Shown: positions 28,471 through 38,613 of the stretch, piece after piece
Numbering within the stretch: the first letter of the stretch is position 1
How the letters are laid out: every line of letters starts with the position of its first letter
IMG/VR virus record: IMGVR_UViG_3300012928_000001
Coordinates: 41,164-105,163 of that record
From: a virus
Strand: one strand, 5' to 3'
Length of the DNA: 64,000 bases
Notes under the pieces: generated by a model
Databases searched by the model: none
Told to the model about the DNA's origin: nothing
What the model saw: the letters and a program-made list of their open reading frames with translations, nothing else
Position numbers and translations under genes: made by a program

Positions 28471-29247
28471 ATGCCGCTGCCCGATCTCAGCACTTTCTGC
28501 ATCGACCTCGACGTCACGCCGGGCGAGCTTTGCTTGACCTTCCCCGGCGGGGCCGAGGTCTGCGTGCAGTACCCGAGTCTCGTCCCGCCGACGCCGGATG
28601 AGCTCGTCCGGCAGCTGTTCGCTCAGGCCAACGCTGCACTCGCTCCACTCAACCCCTTTTTCAACGTCATCGACGTAATCGTCGCAATCTTCGATTGCAT
28701 CAAAGCGATTAGCACTCTCAACCCCGAGGAGATCGCCGCGTGTCTGCCTAACTTGGCTGAGCGCATCGGTGCATTGCTGCGCCTGATCCCGCAGTTGAGT
28801 TTGCCGATTCTGATCGCGCAGTTCATCGACCTTTTGCTGATCTACCTGCGGGGCTACCGAGCACAGCTCATCGGCCAACGTGAGTACCTGCTACGCATCT
28901 TGGCGGCCGAGACCGCAGCACAGCGGCCGGGCAACATCGGCTTGTCCTCCGTGATCGTCTGCGCCAAAGATGACTTTCGCAAGCTCATCGAGTACGGCAA
29001 CGAATCCGCGACTCCGATCAATCGCCTGATCGGGTTGATCAACCTGTTCATGGAGAGCATCGGGCTGGGCCAGTACGGGATCCCGTCGCTCGCCAACATC
29101 GACCCCGACGCGATCGACGACTCCGTGCAGGCCCTCGACCTCGCCATCGAGACGCTGTCGGTGCTCCGCGCCGCGCTCGCGCCCCTGCTCGGCGAAATCT
29201 CGGCGCCCTTCGAGGCCGCCGCCGACATCGTGGAGGGCAACGCCTGA
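28471..29247 (+). CDS. Hypothetical baseplate-region protein
   Basis: Helical, Leu/Ile-rich ORF in baseplate operon. Confidence 0.7.
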   Translation: MPLPDLSTFCIDLDVTPGELCLTFPGGAEVCVQYPSLVPPTPDELVRQLFAQANAALAPLNPFFNVIDVIVAIFDCIKAISTLNPEEIAACLPNLAERIGALLRLIPQLSLPILIAQFIDLLLIYLRGYRAQLIGQREYLLRILAAETAAQRPGNIGLSSVIVCAKDDFRKLIEYGNESATPINRLIGLINLFMESIGLGQYGIPSLANIDPDAIDDSVQALDLAIETLSVLRAALAPLLGEISAPFEAAADIVEGNA

Positions 29248-30047
29248 TGCCGACCTTCCTCAACCCCGAGCCCGCGCCCGGGACCCAGCTCGCCCGCGTC
29301 GACGCGCTGCACTTCGAGGTCACCGACCCCGCCGGCCTCGCCAGCGTGTTCGTCTGGGTGAGCTTCGCTGACGGCACCACAGAGGTGGTGTGGACCGGCG
29401 ACGGCTTCGGCCCCCGCTACAGCGCGAGCACGAGCGAGGCCATCCCCACGGGGCGCGACTTCACGGTCCGGCGCGTGGGCGGCTGGGCCCTCGCGCCCAT
29501 GCTCCGCGCCACGGCGATCGCCACCGACGGCGGCGCCGCCCAGCTCTCCGTTGACTACGAGCTCGCCGCCGCCGAGACCACCGAGCCCGCGGCCGTGGTC
29601 GGGGCCGAGCTCCCCCCGGTCGCCGCGACCGACCTCGCCGCCGTGGTCGTGGGCCGGGGCCTGCTCGCGCCGCTGCGCCGCGACGGCAAGGGCGACTTCG
29701 CCAACGCGTCGGGGCTCGACGTCCTGCGCTCGAACGTGGGGCTGGTCCTGGGCACCATCGGGAGCTCGAATTACACCCGCGGCGAGCTCCCTTGGCGGCC
29801 CGAGTTCGGCTCGCTGCTCCACCTGCTCCGGCACAAGAACAACGACCAACTCACGCGGTCTCTCGCGCGCCAATACGTCATCGACGCGATCACCTTTTGG
29901 GAGCCGCGCGTGCGCGTGCGTCGGGTCGAGATTGGGCAAGAGGGGGCCCGCCTCTCGCTGCTCGTGCGCTACGATGTGCTTAGTCGTCGGCGCGGGGGAA
30001 TCCTGGCGCGAGGCGAAGAAGTCTCGACCGACATGGAGCTTTTTTGA
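29247..30047 (+). CDS. Baseplate wedge protein (gp25/GPW-like C-terminal domain)
   Basis: GELPWRPEFGSLL...DAITFWEPRVRV. Confidence 0.85.
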   Translation: MPTFLNPEPAPGTQLARVDALHFEVTDPAGLASVFVWVSFADGTTEVVWTGDGFGPRYSASTSEAIPTGRDFTVRRVGGWALAPMLRATAIATDGGAAQLSVDYELAAAETTEPAAVVGAELPPVAATDLAAVVVGRGLLAPLRRDGKGDFANASGLDVLRSNVGLVLGTIGSSNYTRGELPWRPEFGSLLHLLRHKNNDQLTRSLARQYVIDAITFWEPRVRVRRVEIGQEGARLSLLVRYDVLSRRRGGILARGEEVSTDMELF

Positions 30048-31567
30048 TGGCGCTTCTCCCCGCGAACCTCGACTACACCGACAAGGATTTCACGGCGCTA
30101 CGCGAGCGCCTGATCAACCTGATCCGCACGGTGTTCCCCGACTGGACCGACGTCGACGTTGCCAACTTCGGCAACGTGATGCTGGAGTGCTTTGCATTCG
30201 TCGGCGACGTGCTGACGAACTACCAAGACAATCAGTCCCGCGAAAGTCGACTGATCGAGGCGCTGATTCGCCGCAACGTGATCGCCCTCGCCGCGCATCT
30301 CGGCTACACCCCGCGGACCGCCGCGCCGGCCACGGCCGACGTGCTCTTCGCCCTCGACTCGACCCCGGCCAACGACGTGACCATCCCCGCCGGCACCGTC
30401 GTGCGCACGCGCGACGTCACCGGGGCGATCGACTTTCAGCTACTCCTCGACCTCGTCATCGCGGCCGGCTCCGTCCCGCCCCAGGCCTTCGGCACCGTCG
30501 AGAACAGCACCACGATCCTCGGCGAGACCTTCCAGAGCACGGGCCTCGCCAATCAGCGGGTCCAGCTCGCGCGGACGCCCTACATCGACGACACAGCGGT
30601 AGTGTCGGCAGCCAACGGAGCGTTCACGCAGGTCTCGAATTTTCTGAGCTCGACGAGCGCGGACCGGCACTACGTCGTGACCATCGACGAGACCGACCGC
30701 GCCCGGCTGACCTTCGGCAACGGGGTAAACGGCCAAGTGCCGACGGGGGCGATCTCCGTCGCCTACAAGATCGGCGGCGGCTTGGCGGGCAACGTCGAGG
30801 CGAACAACATCACCACGATCGTCGGGCAGTTCACTGACGCGCTGTCCAACCCCGTGCGCGTGAGCGTGACCAACCCGGGCAAGGCGAGCGGGGGAGCCAA
30901 CCGCGAGACCGTCGCGCAGATCAAGCAAAACGCTCCGGCCTCTGTCCGGGTAAGCGATCGCACCGTCGCGCTCGAAGACTACACCATCCACGCCGAAGAG
31001 CTTTCCTCGGTCGCGCGGGCGCTCATGGTCACCTCGGACCAGCTCCCCGGTCTGCCCGAGAACCGCGGCCGGCTCTACATCGTACCTGTGGGCGGGGGCC
31101 TCCCCTCGGCCGCGCTCAAAGCCCAGGTGCTCGCCGCGGTCACGGTCGACAAGCCGAAGACGATCACGTTTCAGGTGTCCGTGCGCGACCCCCAATACCT
31201 GACGGTCGACATCACTTGCACGGTCTTTTTCACGACGGAAGCGGACCCGCAAAACGTCGCCAATCTGATTCGCACTCGACTCGCCGATTTCTTCCGCATC
31301 CAAAACACCGACGGCACAAAGAACACGCAAATCGGCTTCGGCCTCGACTACGTCACCGACACGATCACCACGACCCCGCCCGAGATCCCGCTTAGCGATG
31401 TGCAGAATGTCGTGCGCGACACAACGGGCGTGCGCAAACTGGGCGATCGCGCTGTCGACTTCACGCTCAACGAAGTTCACGCGGATCTGCTCATTGGCGC
31501 GATCGAGTTCCCACAGTTGGGCAATGTCGTGATCATGAACGGCGCAACGGGGCAGCTAGTCACGTGA
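30047..31567 (+). CDS. Baseplate J-like wedge protein
   Basis: DYTDKDF, PDWTD....NFG, FGNGVNG, GGG..GNV, GGANRET, RTVALEDY. Confidence 0.9.
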   Translation: MALLPANLDYTDKDFTALRERLINLIRTVFPDWTDVDVANFGNVMLECFAFVGDVLTNYQDNQSRESRLIEALIRRNVIALAAHLGYTPRTAAPATADVLFALDSTPANDVTIPAGTVVRTRDVTGAIDFQLLLDLVIAAGSVPPQAFGTVENSTTILGETFQSTGLANQRVQLARTPYIDDTAVVSAANGAFTQVSNFLSSTSADRHYVVTIDETDRARLTFGNGVNGQVPTGAISVAYKIGGGLAGNVEANNITTIVGQFTDALSNPVRVSVTNPGKASGGANRETVAQIKQNAPASVRVSDRTVALEDYTIHAEELSSVARALMVTSDQLPGLPENRGRLYIVPVGGGLPSAALKAQVLAAVTVDKPKTITFQVSVRDPQYLTVDITCTVFFTTEADPQNVANLIRTRLADFFRIQNTDGTKNTQIGFGLDYVTDTITTTPPEIPLSDVQNVVRDTTGVRKLGDRAVDFTLNEVHADLLIGAIEFPQLGNVVIMNGATGQLVT

Positions 31568-32679
31568 CAGTTCAAAACGCCAGCTTTGAGGTCCCCGACG
31601 GGACCCAGCCCGAGATCACGGGCGAAGCGTCGGAGCCGTTCGCCCTCATTGATGGGACGTTCCTCGACATCGAGATCACGGACGCGGGCCCGTTCAGTCG
31701 TGTCTATCGATGGGCGGTCAATGATGCCGATTTCGCGGACATCGACAACGCGACCGCCAACGAGATCCGCGACTCGATTTTGGCGACTCCAGAGATCGGG
31801 TTCGAAGCACAATCCGCCAACGGACAGGTCACGATCAGCTCGATCTACAACGGGTCAACGCTGCGCGTCGTCGGTGGGCAGGTTCAAGACGATCTCAAGC
31901 TGTCGACCGAGGCCGTCCAGGGACGGACCTTCTTCGGCCCCGGCCAAGCGTGGACCGTCGCCGTCGTCGGGGGCTACCTCGAATGGGCCGGCTTCGGGGC
32001 CAGCCCCGAGCTCGCCGTCGAGAGCTTCGAAACGGGCTGGGGCGCGGGGAGTCAAAACTACCTCGACGTGTTCACGGAGACCTTCGAGGGCGGATGGGAC
32101 ATCGCTGCGATCTCGGGCACCATCGAGGCCGGCCTATTTGCGCCCAGCAATGTCCCGGTCGAGACCTTCGAAGAAGGTTGGGGGGTCAACGCTTCGCAGC
32201 TCTTCACCGATGCGCTCTTCGATCTGGGCCTCGCATCTGCCGAGGATTTCGAAGACGGGTGGGATATCGTCGCTGTCGCACCGACCTTCACCGATGGATC
32301 CTTCGCCGGCTCCGGCGTGGCCGAGACCTTCGAGCCCACCAACTTGGCGATGCACGTCATCACCGTGAATCAGGCCATCTCGGGCATCTACAGGGCGTTT
32401 GTCTCGGGTACGCCCTATCAAATCATCGCAGGCGCTGGGGCCACGGCGACCACGATTGCGTCCGCTCTTGCTACTGAGCTCTCAGCTGGTACTCAGGTAA
32501 ACGGAGTGCTCGCCGGGACCAACCGTGTCAACGTCGCGCCGCAAGAGCCGGCCCCAGGAATCGTCCCGGTCATCACCGTGCAAGGACCATCGAGCGGCTC
32601 GATTTCTGTCGTGCTCGCCAAGGACGCTCCATCGCTCGGCCTGGTCTGGGTCGGCGAAGACATCAACCCGACAATCTAG
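31564..32679 (+). CDS. Tail/baseplate structural protein with repeated ExFExGW motifs
   Basis: ESFETGW, ETFEGGW, ETFEEGW, EDFEDGW; N-terminal domain resembles the sheath insert. Confidence 0.7.
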   Translation: MTVQNASFEVPDGTQPEITGEASEPFALIDGTFLDIEITDAGPFSRVYRWAVNDADFADIDNATANEIRDSILATPEIGFEAQSANGQVTISSIYNGSTLRVVGGQVQDDLKLSTEAVQGRTFFGPGQAWTVAVVGGYLEWAGFGASPELAVESFETGWGAGSQNYLDVFTETFEGGWDIAAISGTIEAGLFAPSNVPVETFEEGWGVNASQLFTDALFDLGLASAEDFEDGWDIVAVAPTFTDGSFAGSGVAETFEPTNLAMHVITVNQAISGIYRAFVSGTPYQIIAGAGATATTIASALATELSAGTQVNGVLAGTNRVNVAPQEPAPGIVPVITVQGPSSGSISVVLAKDAPSLGLVWVGEDINPTI

Positions 32680-32682
32680 ATC

Positions 32683-33384
32683 ATGGCGTCTTCCGACTTT
32701 GCTGCTCTCACCGATGGAGTCCCCGCCGCGAGCTTCGCCCGCGGCACGACGCAAGGCGTAACCCCGCCGCCGGGGGGCGGCTCGCGGGTCTACGCGTACA
32801 ACTCGATCGTCGGGGGCACAACCGGCGCCGCGGGCCTCAAGTACACCGCGGTCAACTTCGATCCGCACTCGAACGGCGGGCGCATCTCGGGCGCGCTGAT
32901 CCGCCTCCCCTCGGGCAACGCGACCGGCTTCGCTCCGATGCTCTTCGCAAGCTTGCAAGGCAACTCGGTCAACGACACGGGCTATCTGATCGGGCTCAGC
33001 GACGCGGATCCCCACTTCATCGTGCTGCGCAAGGGCTCGCCCTCCGCGGGCCTCCCCGATGGCACGCCCGGCGCGAACGGGATCTTGCGCCGGAGCTCGG
33101 AGAGCTACGCAAACAACACGTGGCTACACCTGCGCCTCGACGTCGAGGTGACCGGCACCGGCGACACGCTGCTCACCGTGTTCCAAAATGACCTCAACAC
33201 CAACGACGTCGACAGCCCCGTGTGGGTGGCCGTCCCGGGCATGGATCAGTTTGTCGATGACGTCGCCCAGATCAACTCCGGCACCGCCCCGCTCGTGGGT
33301 GGCCGGAGCGGCTTCGCGTTCTGGGCCAACGACATCACGCGCCGGGCCGCGGTCGATCACCTCACCATCGCAAGGCAGCAGTGA
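32683..33384 (+). CDS. Tail structural protein (beta-sandwich/lectin-like)
   Basis: TWLHLRLDV...GGRSGFAF...DHL pattern; position. Confidence 0.65.
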   Translation: MASSDFAALTDGVPAASFARGTTQGVTPPPGGGSRVYAYNSIVGGTTGAAGLKYTAVNFDPHSNGGRISGALIRLPSGNATGFAPMLFASLQGNSVNDTGYLIGLSDADPHFIVLRKGSPSAGLPDGTPGANGILRRSSESYANNTWLHLRLDVEVTGTGDTLLTVFQNDLNTNDVDSPVWVAVPGMDQFVDDVAQINSGTAPLVGGRSGFAFWANDITRRAAVDHLTIARQQ

Positions 33385-33617
33385 TGCCCATCTCCGACAG
33401 CGACAACACGATCCCACTGACTCGGCCAGCTCCGAATCAAAAAGTGATCGACACTTTGGAGGCGTGTCTCGCCGCTGCGAAGCGTGGCGAGTTGACGTCC
33501 ATCATCGTCATTGGCGAAAGCGTCGCCGATGGCATCACCTCGATCTCGACTGAGATGATTCGCCCGTTCACGGTGCTCGGTCATCTCGAAGCCGTGAAGC
33601 TCTCGCTGCTTTCCTGA
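33384..33617 (+). CDS. Hypothetical protein
   Basis: Small coupled ORF. Confidence 0.55.
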   Translation: MPISDSDNTIPLTRPAPNQKVIDTLEACLAAAKRGELTSIIVIGESVADGITSISTEMIRPFTVLGHLEAVKLSLLS

Positions 33618-33621
33618 CGCG

Positions 33622-35745
33622 ATGCCCTTCAACGCTTTCAGCTATCGCCATGATGCCCAACTCCGCCAAGATCCAGCTCAGGATCATTCTGTTGGCGAGC
33701 TGGATGGGTATCCAGCGCGCGTTGAAAGCCGGAGCCCTGTCGCCGCCAACGCGCCGAACACCTACCCGCTGAGCGACGGCGACGAGCTCATCGTCGAGCT
33801 CAACGGGACCGAGGAGACCATCACCCTCGACGCGGCCGACTTCACCGACATCTCGATCGCCACCGCGGCCGAGCTCGCTGCCGCCTTCGAGGCCGTCGAG
33901 GGCCTGGGCTCTGACCCCGTCGGCTCGCGCGTCCGCATCGAGACCGAGGCCCTGGGCCCGGGCGCCTCGCTGCGTGTCGTCGGGGGCTCGGCCAACGACG
34001 CGCTGCTCTTCCCGACCACCGAGGCCCGGGGCCAGCTGTCCCGCACCACCTTGGTCCTGGGAATCGACCAACCCGGGGTGACGGAGCGCCTGGTCCCGGG
34101 CGACCTCGTGCGTGTGTCCCAGGCCCTCACCTTCGACGAGAGCCGGCTTGTGCTCGTCGGGCGGGCGCACATCCCCGAGCTCCCTACGGGCGTTTCGTGG
34201 CGCCTCTCGCTGCGCGTGGGCGGGGTCGTGGCCCACTCGCTGACCTGGGACACAAGCGGGACGTTCGAGCTCGGCGATTTCGGGTTCTCCGCCGCGCAGC
34301 AACAGGGCGCCGCGACCTTTGAAATTCAGCTGGAGCCCCTCGGGCTCCCGGCCGCCGGTCTCGACGTCGAGCTCCCCCGCGTGCTCATCGACCTCGTGCG
34401 CTCCGTGAACACGGACCAGGTGCAGGTCCTGAATCGCTCGCCGCTTCCGGGACAGTTGGACGTCGACGCGAGCTCAGGCCTCACCATCGAGCTCGACCTT
34501 GCGAGCGCGCTCCCGGGCGTGGCCGTGGACGTGGCCGCGACTGCGGTGTTGATCGACGGCGTGCTCGCCTTCGACGGGACAAACATCCTCGCCCCGTGGG
34601 ACGCCCCCGGCTCTGCCGTGACCGCGGGACAGATTTACAACGTCGGTGCCACCGACCTGCGCCTGGTCTTCGTGTCTGCCGAGATCTTCGAGTCCGAGCA
34701 GGTTGTGGGCGTGGTCGTGGACACCCAGCATGTTGGCGCCGCCACGAACACCCAAGCGTCGTGGACTTTCACGACGGCAGACACCGTCGACCTCGCCGTG
34801 GTCGAGGCCCAGGCCCGGGACAAGCTCACCGTGCGCGTGACCTTCAACGACGACGTGGGCGCGGGCGCCCTGCTCCCGGCGAACTATCTCTTCGAGACCC
34901 TCACGGCGCCCGCGGTGACCGTGGTCGCCCAGAGCGTGGCCGCGGTGGGGACCACCGCCGTCGACGTCACCGTCGATCTGGAGTGGAGCCAGGGCGCGTC
35001 CTACCGGGTGACCGTGGTCAACGTCCAGGACACGAGCGAGAACCCCCTCGACGCCGACGCGAGCACGGCCGAGTTCGCGGGCTTCCTGCCCGAGATCCCC
35101 GCGGGCCGCTTCTTTCAGCTCTGGGAGTTCTTCCCAGGTATCTCGCGGCGCGGAGACGACACGGACGATCTTCGAAACTGGGTGGGGTGCCTGCAAGACG
35201 TGGTCGACTTGCTGCTTTGCAGTATCGACGAGTGGGTCGAGATTATCGACATCGACCTCGCACCGATTACGTTCATCGACGCGATTCTTTGCGACCTTGG
35301 AAACCCCTTCGATTTCGTCGAGCTGAGCGACACGGACAAGCGCCGGCTCGCGCTGATCTTGATCGAGATCTACAAGGGCAAGGGAACGGAAGTCGGGCTC
35401 ATCGACGCGGTGCGCTTCCTCGTCGGGGTCGAGATCACGCTCGACATCATAAACGCTCAAACAGGCTTTTGGGTTGTTGGGGTCAGCGAGCTCGGCATCG
35501 ACACCGAGCTGGCCCCGCCCACCGGCTCGCCGTTGTGGTACTCGTTCTGGATCGACTCGCCCGTCGATCTCACCGACGAGCAGCGTGATCAGATTCTCAA
35601 GATCGCAACATACATGAAAGCGGCGCACGAACACATCTTGGGAATCCGCGAACCGAGTACCACCGACGACACGGACCCGGTATACTGGAATCTCGAAATC
35701 CCGACCTTGGGCGAGCTCGGAAAGACCACGATTCTCGGAGACTGA
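33622..35745 (+). CDS. Tail protein with Ig-like domains and P2 gpI-like C-terminus
   Basis: DIDLAP...LCDLG, IYKGKGTEVGLIDAVRFLVG, YMKAAHEH. Confidence 0.75.
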   Translation: MPFNAFSYRHDAQLRQDPAQDHSVGELDGYPARVESRSPVAANAPNTYPLSDGDELIVELNGTEETITLDAADFTDISIATAAELAAAFEAVEGLGSDPVGSRVRIETEALGPGASLRVVGGSANDALLFPTTEARGQLSRTTLVLGIDQPGVTERLVPGDLVRVSQALTFDESRLVLVGRAHIPELPTGVSWRLSLRVGGVVAHSLTWDTSGTFELGDFGFSAAQQQGAATFEIQLEPLGLPAAGLDVELPRVLIDLVRSVNTDQVQVLNRSPLPGQLDVDASSGLTIELDLASALPGVAVDVAATAVLIDGVLAFDGTNILAPWDAPGSAVTAGQIYNVGATDLRLVFVSAEIFESEQVVGVVVDTQHVGAATNTQASWTFTTADTVDLAVVEAQARDKLTVRVTFNDDVGAGALLPANYLFETLTAPAVTVVAQSVAAVGTTAVDVTVDLEWSQGASYRVTVVNVQDTSENPLDADASTAEFAGFLPEIPAGRFFQLWEFFPGISRRGDDTDDLRNWVGCLQDVVDLLLCSIDEWVEIIDIDLAPITFIDAILCDLGNPFDFVELSDTDKRRLALILIEIYKGKGTEVGLIDAVRFLVGVEITLDIINAQTGFWVVGVSELGIDTELAPPTGSPLWYSFWIDSPVDLTDEQRDQILKIATYMKAAHEHILGIREPSTTDDTDPVYWNLEIPTLGELGKTTILGD

Positions 35746-35748
35746 GCA

Positions 35749-37044
35749 ATGCAGCGATTCGATTTCTACTTTGGCCAACTGGTCCGACAAGAGGACCTCG
35801 ACAACGCTTTCGACGGCGCCGAGAATGCCGACCGGGCGATCGTCACCGACCAAGGGATCGCGGGGATCAACGCGGGTCTCGCCGTCACCCCGAGCGCTGT
35901 CCCCAACCTACAAGTGGAGGTGAGCGGGGGCCGTGGCTACGATCAACAGGGCCGGCGCATCTTCGTCGGCGCGACGCAGACGGTGAACCTCGCCGATGCG
36001 CTCCCGGTCGGCGCAGGCAATCAGCGCTACGTGGCCATCGTGGTCCAGTTCGTGCGGGCCCTCAGCGACCCGCGGACCGACGACAACGACGTCACGATCC
36101 AGTACAACCGCGCTGAGTCCTTCGTGCTCACGACGGTGCTCGGCGAGGAGGCCGGCGCCAACCCGGCGCGCCCGGCCAAGCCCGCCGATGGGCTCGTGCT
36201 CGCCGACGTGTTGCTCGCTCAAGGGCAGGCTACCATCCTCGCGTCGCACATCGACACGACCACCAACGGGCGCCGTGACCACGCCTTCGAACTCACCGGC
36301 TCGACCCCGGCGCAGGTGAAGGCCGGACGCTTCGAAGAGGTGGGCCAGGCTCTCCTCGACCAACTCAACTCGCACGTCACCGGGGCCGCCAACGCCCACA
36401 ACGCGGAGGCGATCGACTTCGACACCGACGACGTGCCGGGCGCGTTCTCGACGGTCGACGACGCCGACAACGTACAGGTTGCCATCATCAACCTGATGGA
36501 AGATCTGCAAGGCGGGGCCCTCACCGCCGCGCAGGTCACCGCGACCGACCCGGGCCTACCGGGCACCGTCGGCAACGTCCAAGAGGCCATTGCCGCGGGC
36601 CTGTCCAACGACGTCGTGGGCGGCATCTGGGGCATCGTCAACGTCTCGGGCGCCCCCACGCTCGTCGCCGGCAGCGGGGTCTCGCTCAACCTGAACAGCG
36701 CGGCGACGTACGTCACCAACAACGGCCCTCTCACGACAGCCACTTACACGCGCCTAGAATTCCAGATCGACCTTGCCGCAGTGGGAGTCACGGGCACGGT
36801 CTCGCGGGTCATCGTCACGGCCAACTATGCGGACAACAGCAGTAACCGTGCGCGTCCGCGATGGTGCACGGTGAAGCTGGGCAGCGACCTCGCAGCGAAT
36901 CAGCACTTTGGGATCGACCTCCACACCACGAGCGCGCAGCCCCAGGAGACGAACGGATTCTCTTTCTCGAATCGACCGATCGACCTTGCCGGCGGTGCGA
37001 ACGGAGGAGAGATCCACTTCCACGTCAAAGTGATTCTCGCCTGA
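35749..37044 (+). CDS. Tail fibre / receptor-binding protein
   Basis: MQRFDFYFGQLV...GLAVTP...VSGGRGYDQQGRRI N-terminus; last structural gene. Confidence 0.65.
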   Translation: MQRFDFYFGQLVRQEDLDNAFDGAENADRAIVTDQGIAGINAGLAVTPSAVPNLQVEVSGGRGYDQQGRRIFVGATQTVNLADALPVGAGNQRYVAIVVQFVRALSDPRTDDNDVTIQYNRAESFVLTTVLGEEAGANPARPAKPADGLVLADVLLAQGQATILASHIDTTTNGRRDHAFELTGSTPAQVKAGRFEEVGQALLDQLNSHVTGAANAHNAEAIDFDTDDVPGAFSTVDDADNVQVAIINLMEDLQGGALTAAQVTATDPGLPGTVGNVQEAIAAGLSNDVVGGIWGIVNVSGAPTLVAGSGVSLNLNSAATYVTNNGPLTTATYTRLEFQIDLAAVGVTGTVSRVIVTANYADNSSNRARPRWCTVKLGSDLAANQHFGIDLHTTSAQPQETNGFSFSNRPIDLAGGANGGEIHFHVKVILA

Positions 37045-37046
37045 TC

Positions 37047-37076
37047 TGTGATTCTGGTGCGGGATCGGCCTACAGT
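37047..37076 (+). promoter_or_regulatory. Conserved phage promoter motif, copy 2
   Basis: TGTGAT-N18(ending ATCGGCC)-TACAGT; 5 nt before ATG 37082. Confidence 0.75.
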
Positions 37077-37081
37077 TGATC

Positions 37082-37471
37082 ATGCAAAAGATCATCACCA
37101 TCACCATCGCCGCCCTATTCACCCTCGCCTGTGATCCTCTACCCGCCGAGGGCCTGGATACAAGCCCCCTCCGTGAGGGGGCCGACGAGGACTGGGCGTG
37201 CCGAGATGCCTACTACTGCGCCCGGGAGTGCATGTCGCCGGTCTTCTACGGGGACGGCGCAGTCACAGCCGCGCTCGGGGACGTGCACGCCTGCGTCGAT
37301 GCCTGTACCGTCGGGGACGATGGTCGCTTTGAGACCTTTTGGACCGTGGCCAACTCGGTGTGCGGTCCCGAAATACCCGGCCAGGTCGTTCCCGACGGGC
37401 AGCACCGCGAGTGCCTGCTCGACGAGTGGTACGATCTCGACGGCCCACTCGATGATTGCCTCGCGGATTAG
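37082..37471 (+). CDS. Cys-rich lipoprotein
   Basis: MQKIITITIAALFTLA-C signal II/lipobox; 8 further Cys. Confidence 0.75.
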   Translation: MQKIITITIAALFTLACDPLPAEGLDTSPLREGADEDWACRDAYYCARECMSPVFYGDGAVTAALGDVHACVDACTVGDDGRFETFWTVANSVCGPEIPGQVVPDGQHRECLLDEWYDLDGPLDDCLAD

Positions 37472-37473
37472 CC

Positions 37474-38019
37474 ATGCATGACGAACGCGCCTCTCTGTCG
37501 AGCTCTGCTCTCTTTGCAGACCCCAGCTTGCGTGTGATCCAAACGCAGCACGGGAGGCGTGACGCTGCGACCCCGACTCCGGCGCCCCCTCCCCCGCAGC
37601 CAAAATGGACCCTCGGCCACAAGCTCACGCTCGCGGGCCTGATCGTGACCGGGATCCCGATGTTCATCGCGGCCATGTTTTGGCTCTTCAACTACGGTGG
37701 CACAGTCGAGCGCGTGAAGGCTGAACAGGCCGACCAAAAAGCGAAGATCGAGAGCACGGCGAAGACGCTCGCGGATCACATCGAGGCCTCGAAAAAGCAG
37801 TGGCAAGAGCACAGCGAAGCCGAGGACGCGCGATGGGACGAGATCCAAAACGCGGTGATCGAGAATCAGGTTTTGATGGTCGAGTCCGTCGATCACATCA
37901 CCGAGCAGTTGGGCAAGATGTCGAGCGAAGCCGCCGCCGTCGAGGAACCCGCGGTGTTGGAGCAAGCGCGCGAGAGCGCGGTCAAGGCCAAGGCCCGCGA
38001 GCGCTTGTTTTCTGATTGA
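37474..38019 (+). CDS. Single-pass membrane protein with coiled coil
   Basis: TM LAGLIVTGIPMFIAAMFWLF followed by charged helical region. Confidence 0.65.
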   Translation: MHDERASLSSSALFADPSLRVIQTQHGRRDAATPTPAPPPPQPKWTLGHKLTLAGLIVTGIPMFIAAMFWLFNYGGTVERVKAEQADQKAKIESTAKTLADHIEASKKQWQEHSEAEDARWDEIQNAVIENQVLMVESVDHITEQLGKMSSEAAAVEEPAVLEQARESAVKAKARERLFSD

Positions 38020-38039
38020 GCCTGGGCCAGCATCTAGTC

Positions 38040-38387
38040 ATGCGCCGCCATGGTAAAGACATCGGATTCGCGGGAGCCACCTCGGCCTACTTCGCTTGGG
38101 CCGCGGCGAACCCTGAACTCAACCCCGTTGATCCAGCCATCGCAGGCTTGATCATCGGGGCGGTGTACATCGCCCTAGGGTTGTGGCGCGCGTGGGCAGA
38201 CGACGGAAAGATCACCCCCGATGAAGTGGGCGAGATCTTGGGCATACCACGCGGCCGAGGCCGTCGACCCGACCAAGGTCAAGCCGCCGAGCAGCCCGAC
38301 CGCAGTCAAAAAAGTGCCGGAATAGGGAGTCACACCCCATTGCACCGTTCGGAGAATGACCGCCCCAAGCAAACGCGGAACGGGTAA
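38040..38387 (+). CDS. Small membrane protein (holin-like candidate)
   Basis: Two hydrophobic segments, DDGKITPDEV motif, charged tail. Confidence 0.45.
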   Translation: MRRHGKDIGFAGATSAYFAWAAANPELNPVDPAIAGLIIGAVYIALGLWRAWADDGKITPDEVGEILGIPRGRGRRPDQGQAAEQPDRSQKSAGIGSHTPLHRSENDRPKQTRNG

Positions 38388-38476
38388 CGCCCATTCCCTC
38401 GACGTCGATCGATCACGCGCGAGCAAGTAGACAGGCCGAACGGGAGAGCCACTCTTCGGGCCGGCATAAAAAGGGG

Positions 38477-38535
38477 CACGGAGCTAGGCGTCGGGGAGAC
38501 CATCTCCCCTAACATGAACACGTGCCTAGTCCGTG
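38477..38535. ncRNA. Nested stem-loop
   Basis: CACGGA-G-CTAGGC pairs with GCCTAG-TCCGTG, enclosing GGGGAGA-CCA-TCTCCCC. Confidence 0.4.
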
Positions 38536-38538
38536 TAT

Positions 38539-38613
38539 AGCTCGGGGACGGAGTTGCACCGCCATCCTCCTACGCCAGTAGCGTAGGCCACACGAGGGCA
38601 CACTACCAAGAGC
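38539..38613 (-). tRNA. tRNA-like element (apparent anticodon ACT), degenerate
   Basis: Minus strand: acceptor GCTCTTG/CCCGAGC (2 mismatches), anticodon arm CTACG-CTACTGG-CGTAG, T arm GGCGG-TGCAACT-CCGTC; D arm weak. Confidence 0.45.

Noticed and set aside
18785-31567. Extracellular contractile injection system (eCIS/tailocin)
   Set aside because: Sheath, tube and baseplate resemble eCIS parts, but portal, protease, capsid and a full replication module are present, so this is a phage.
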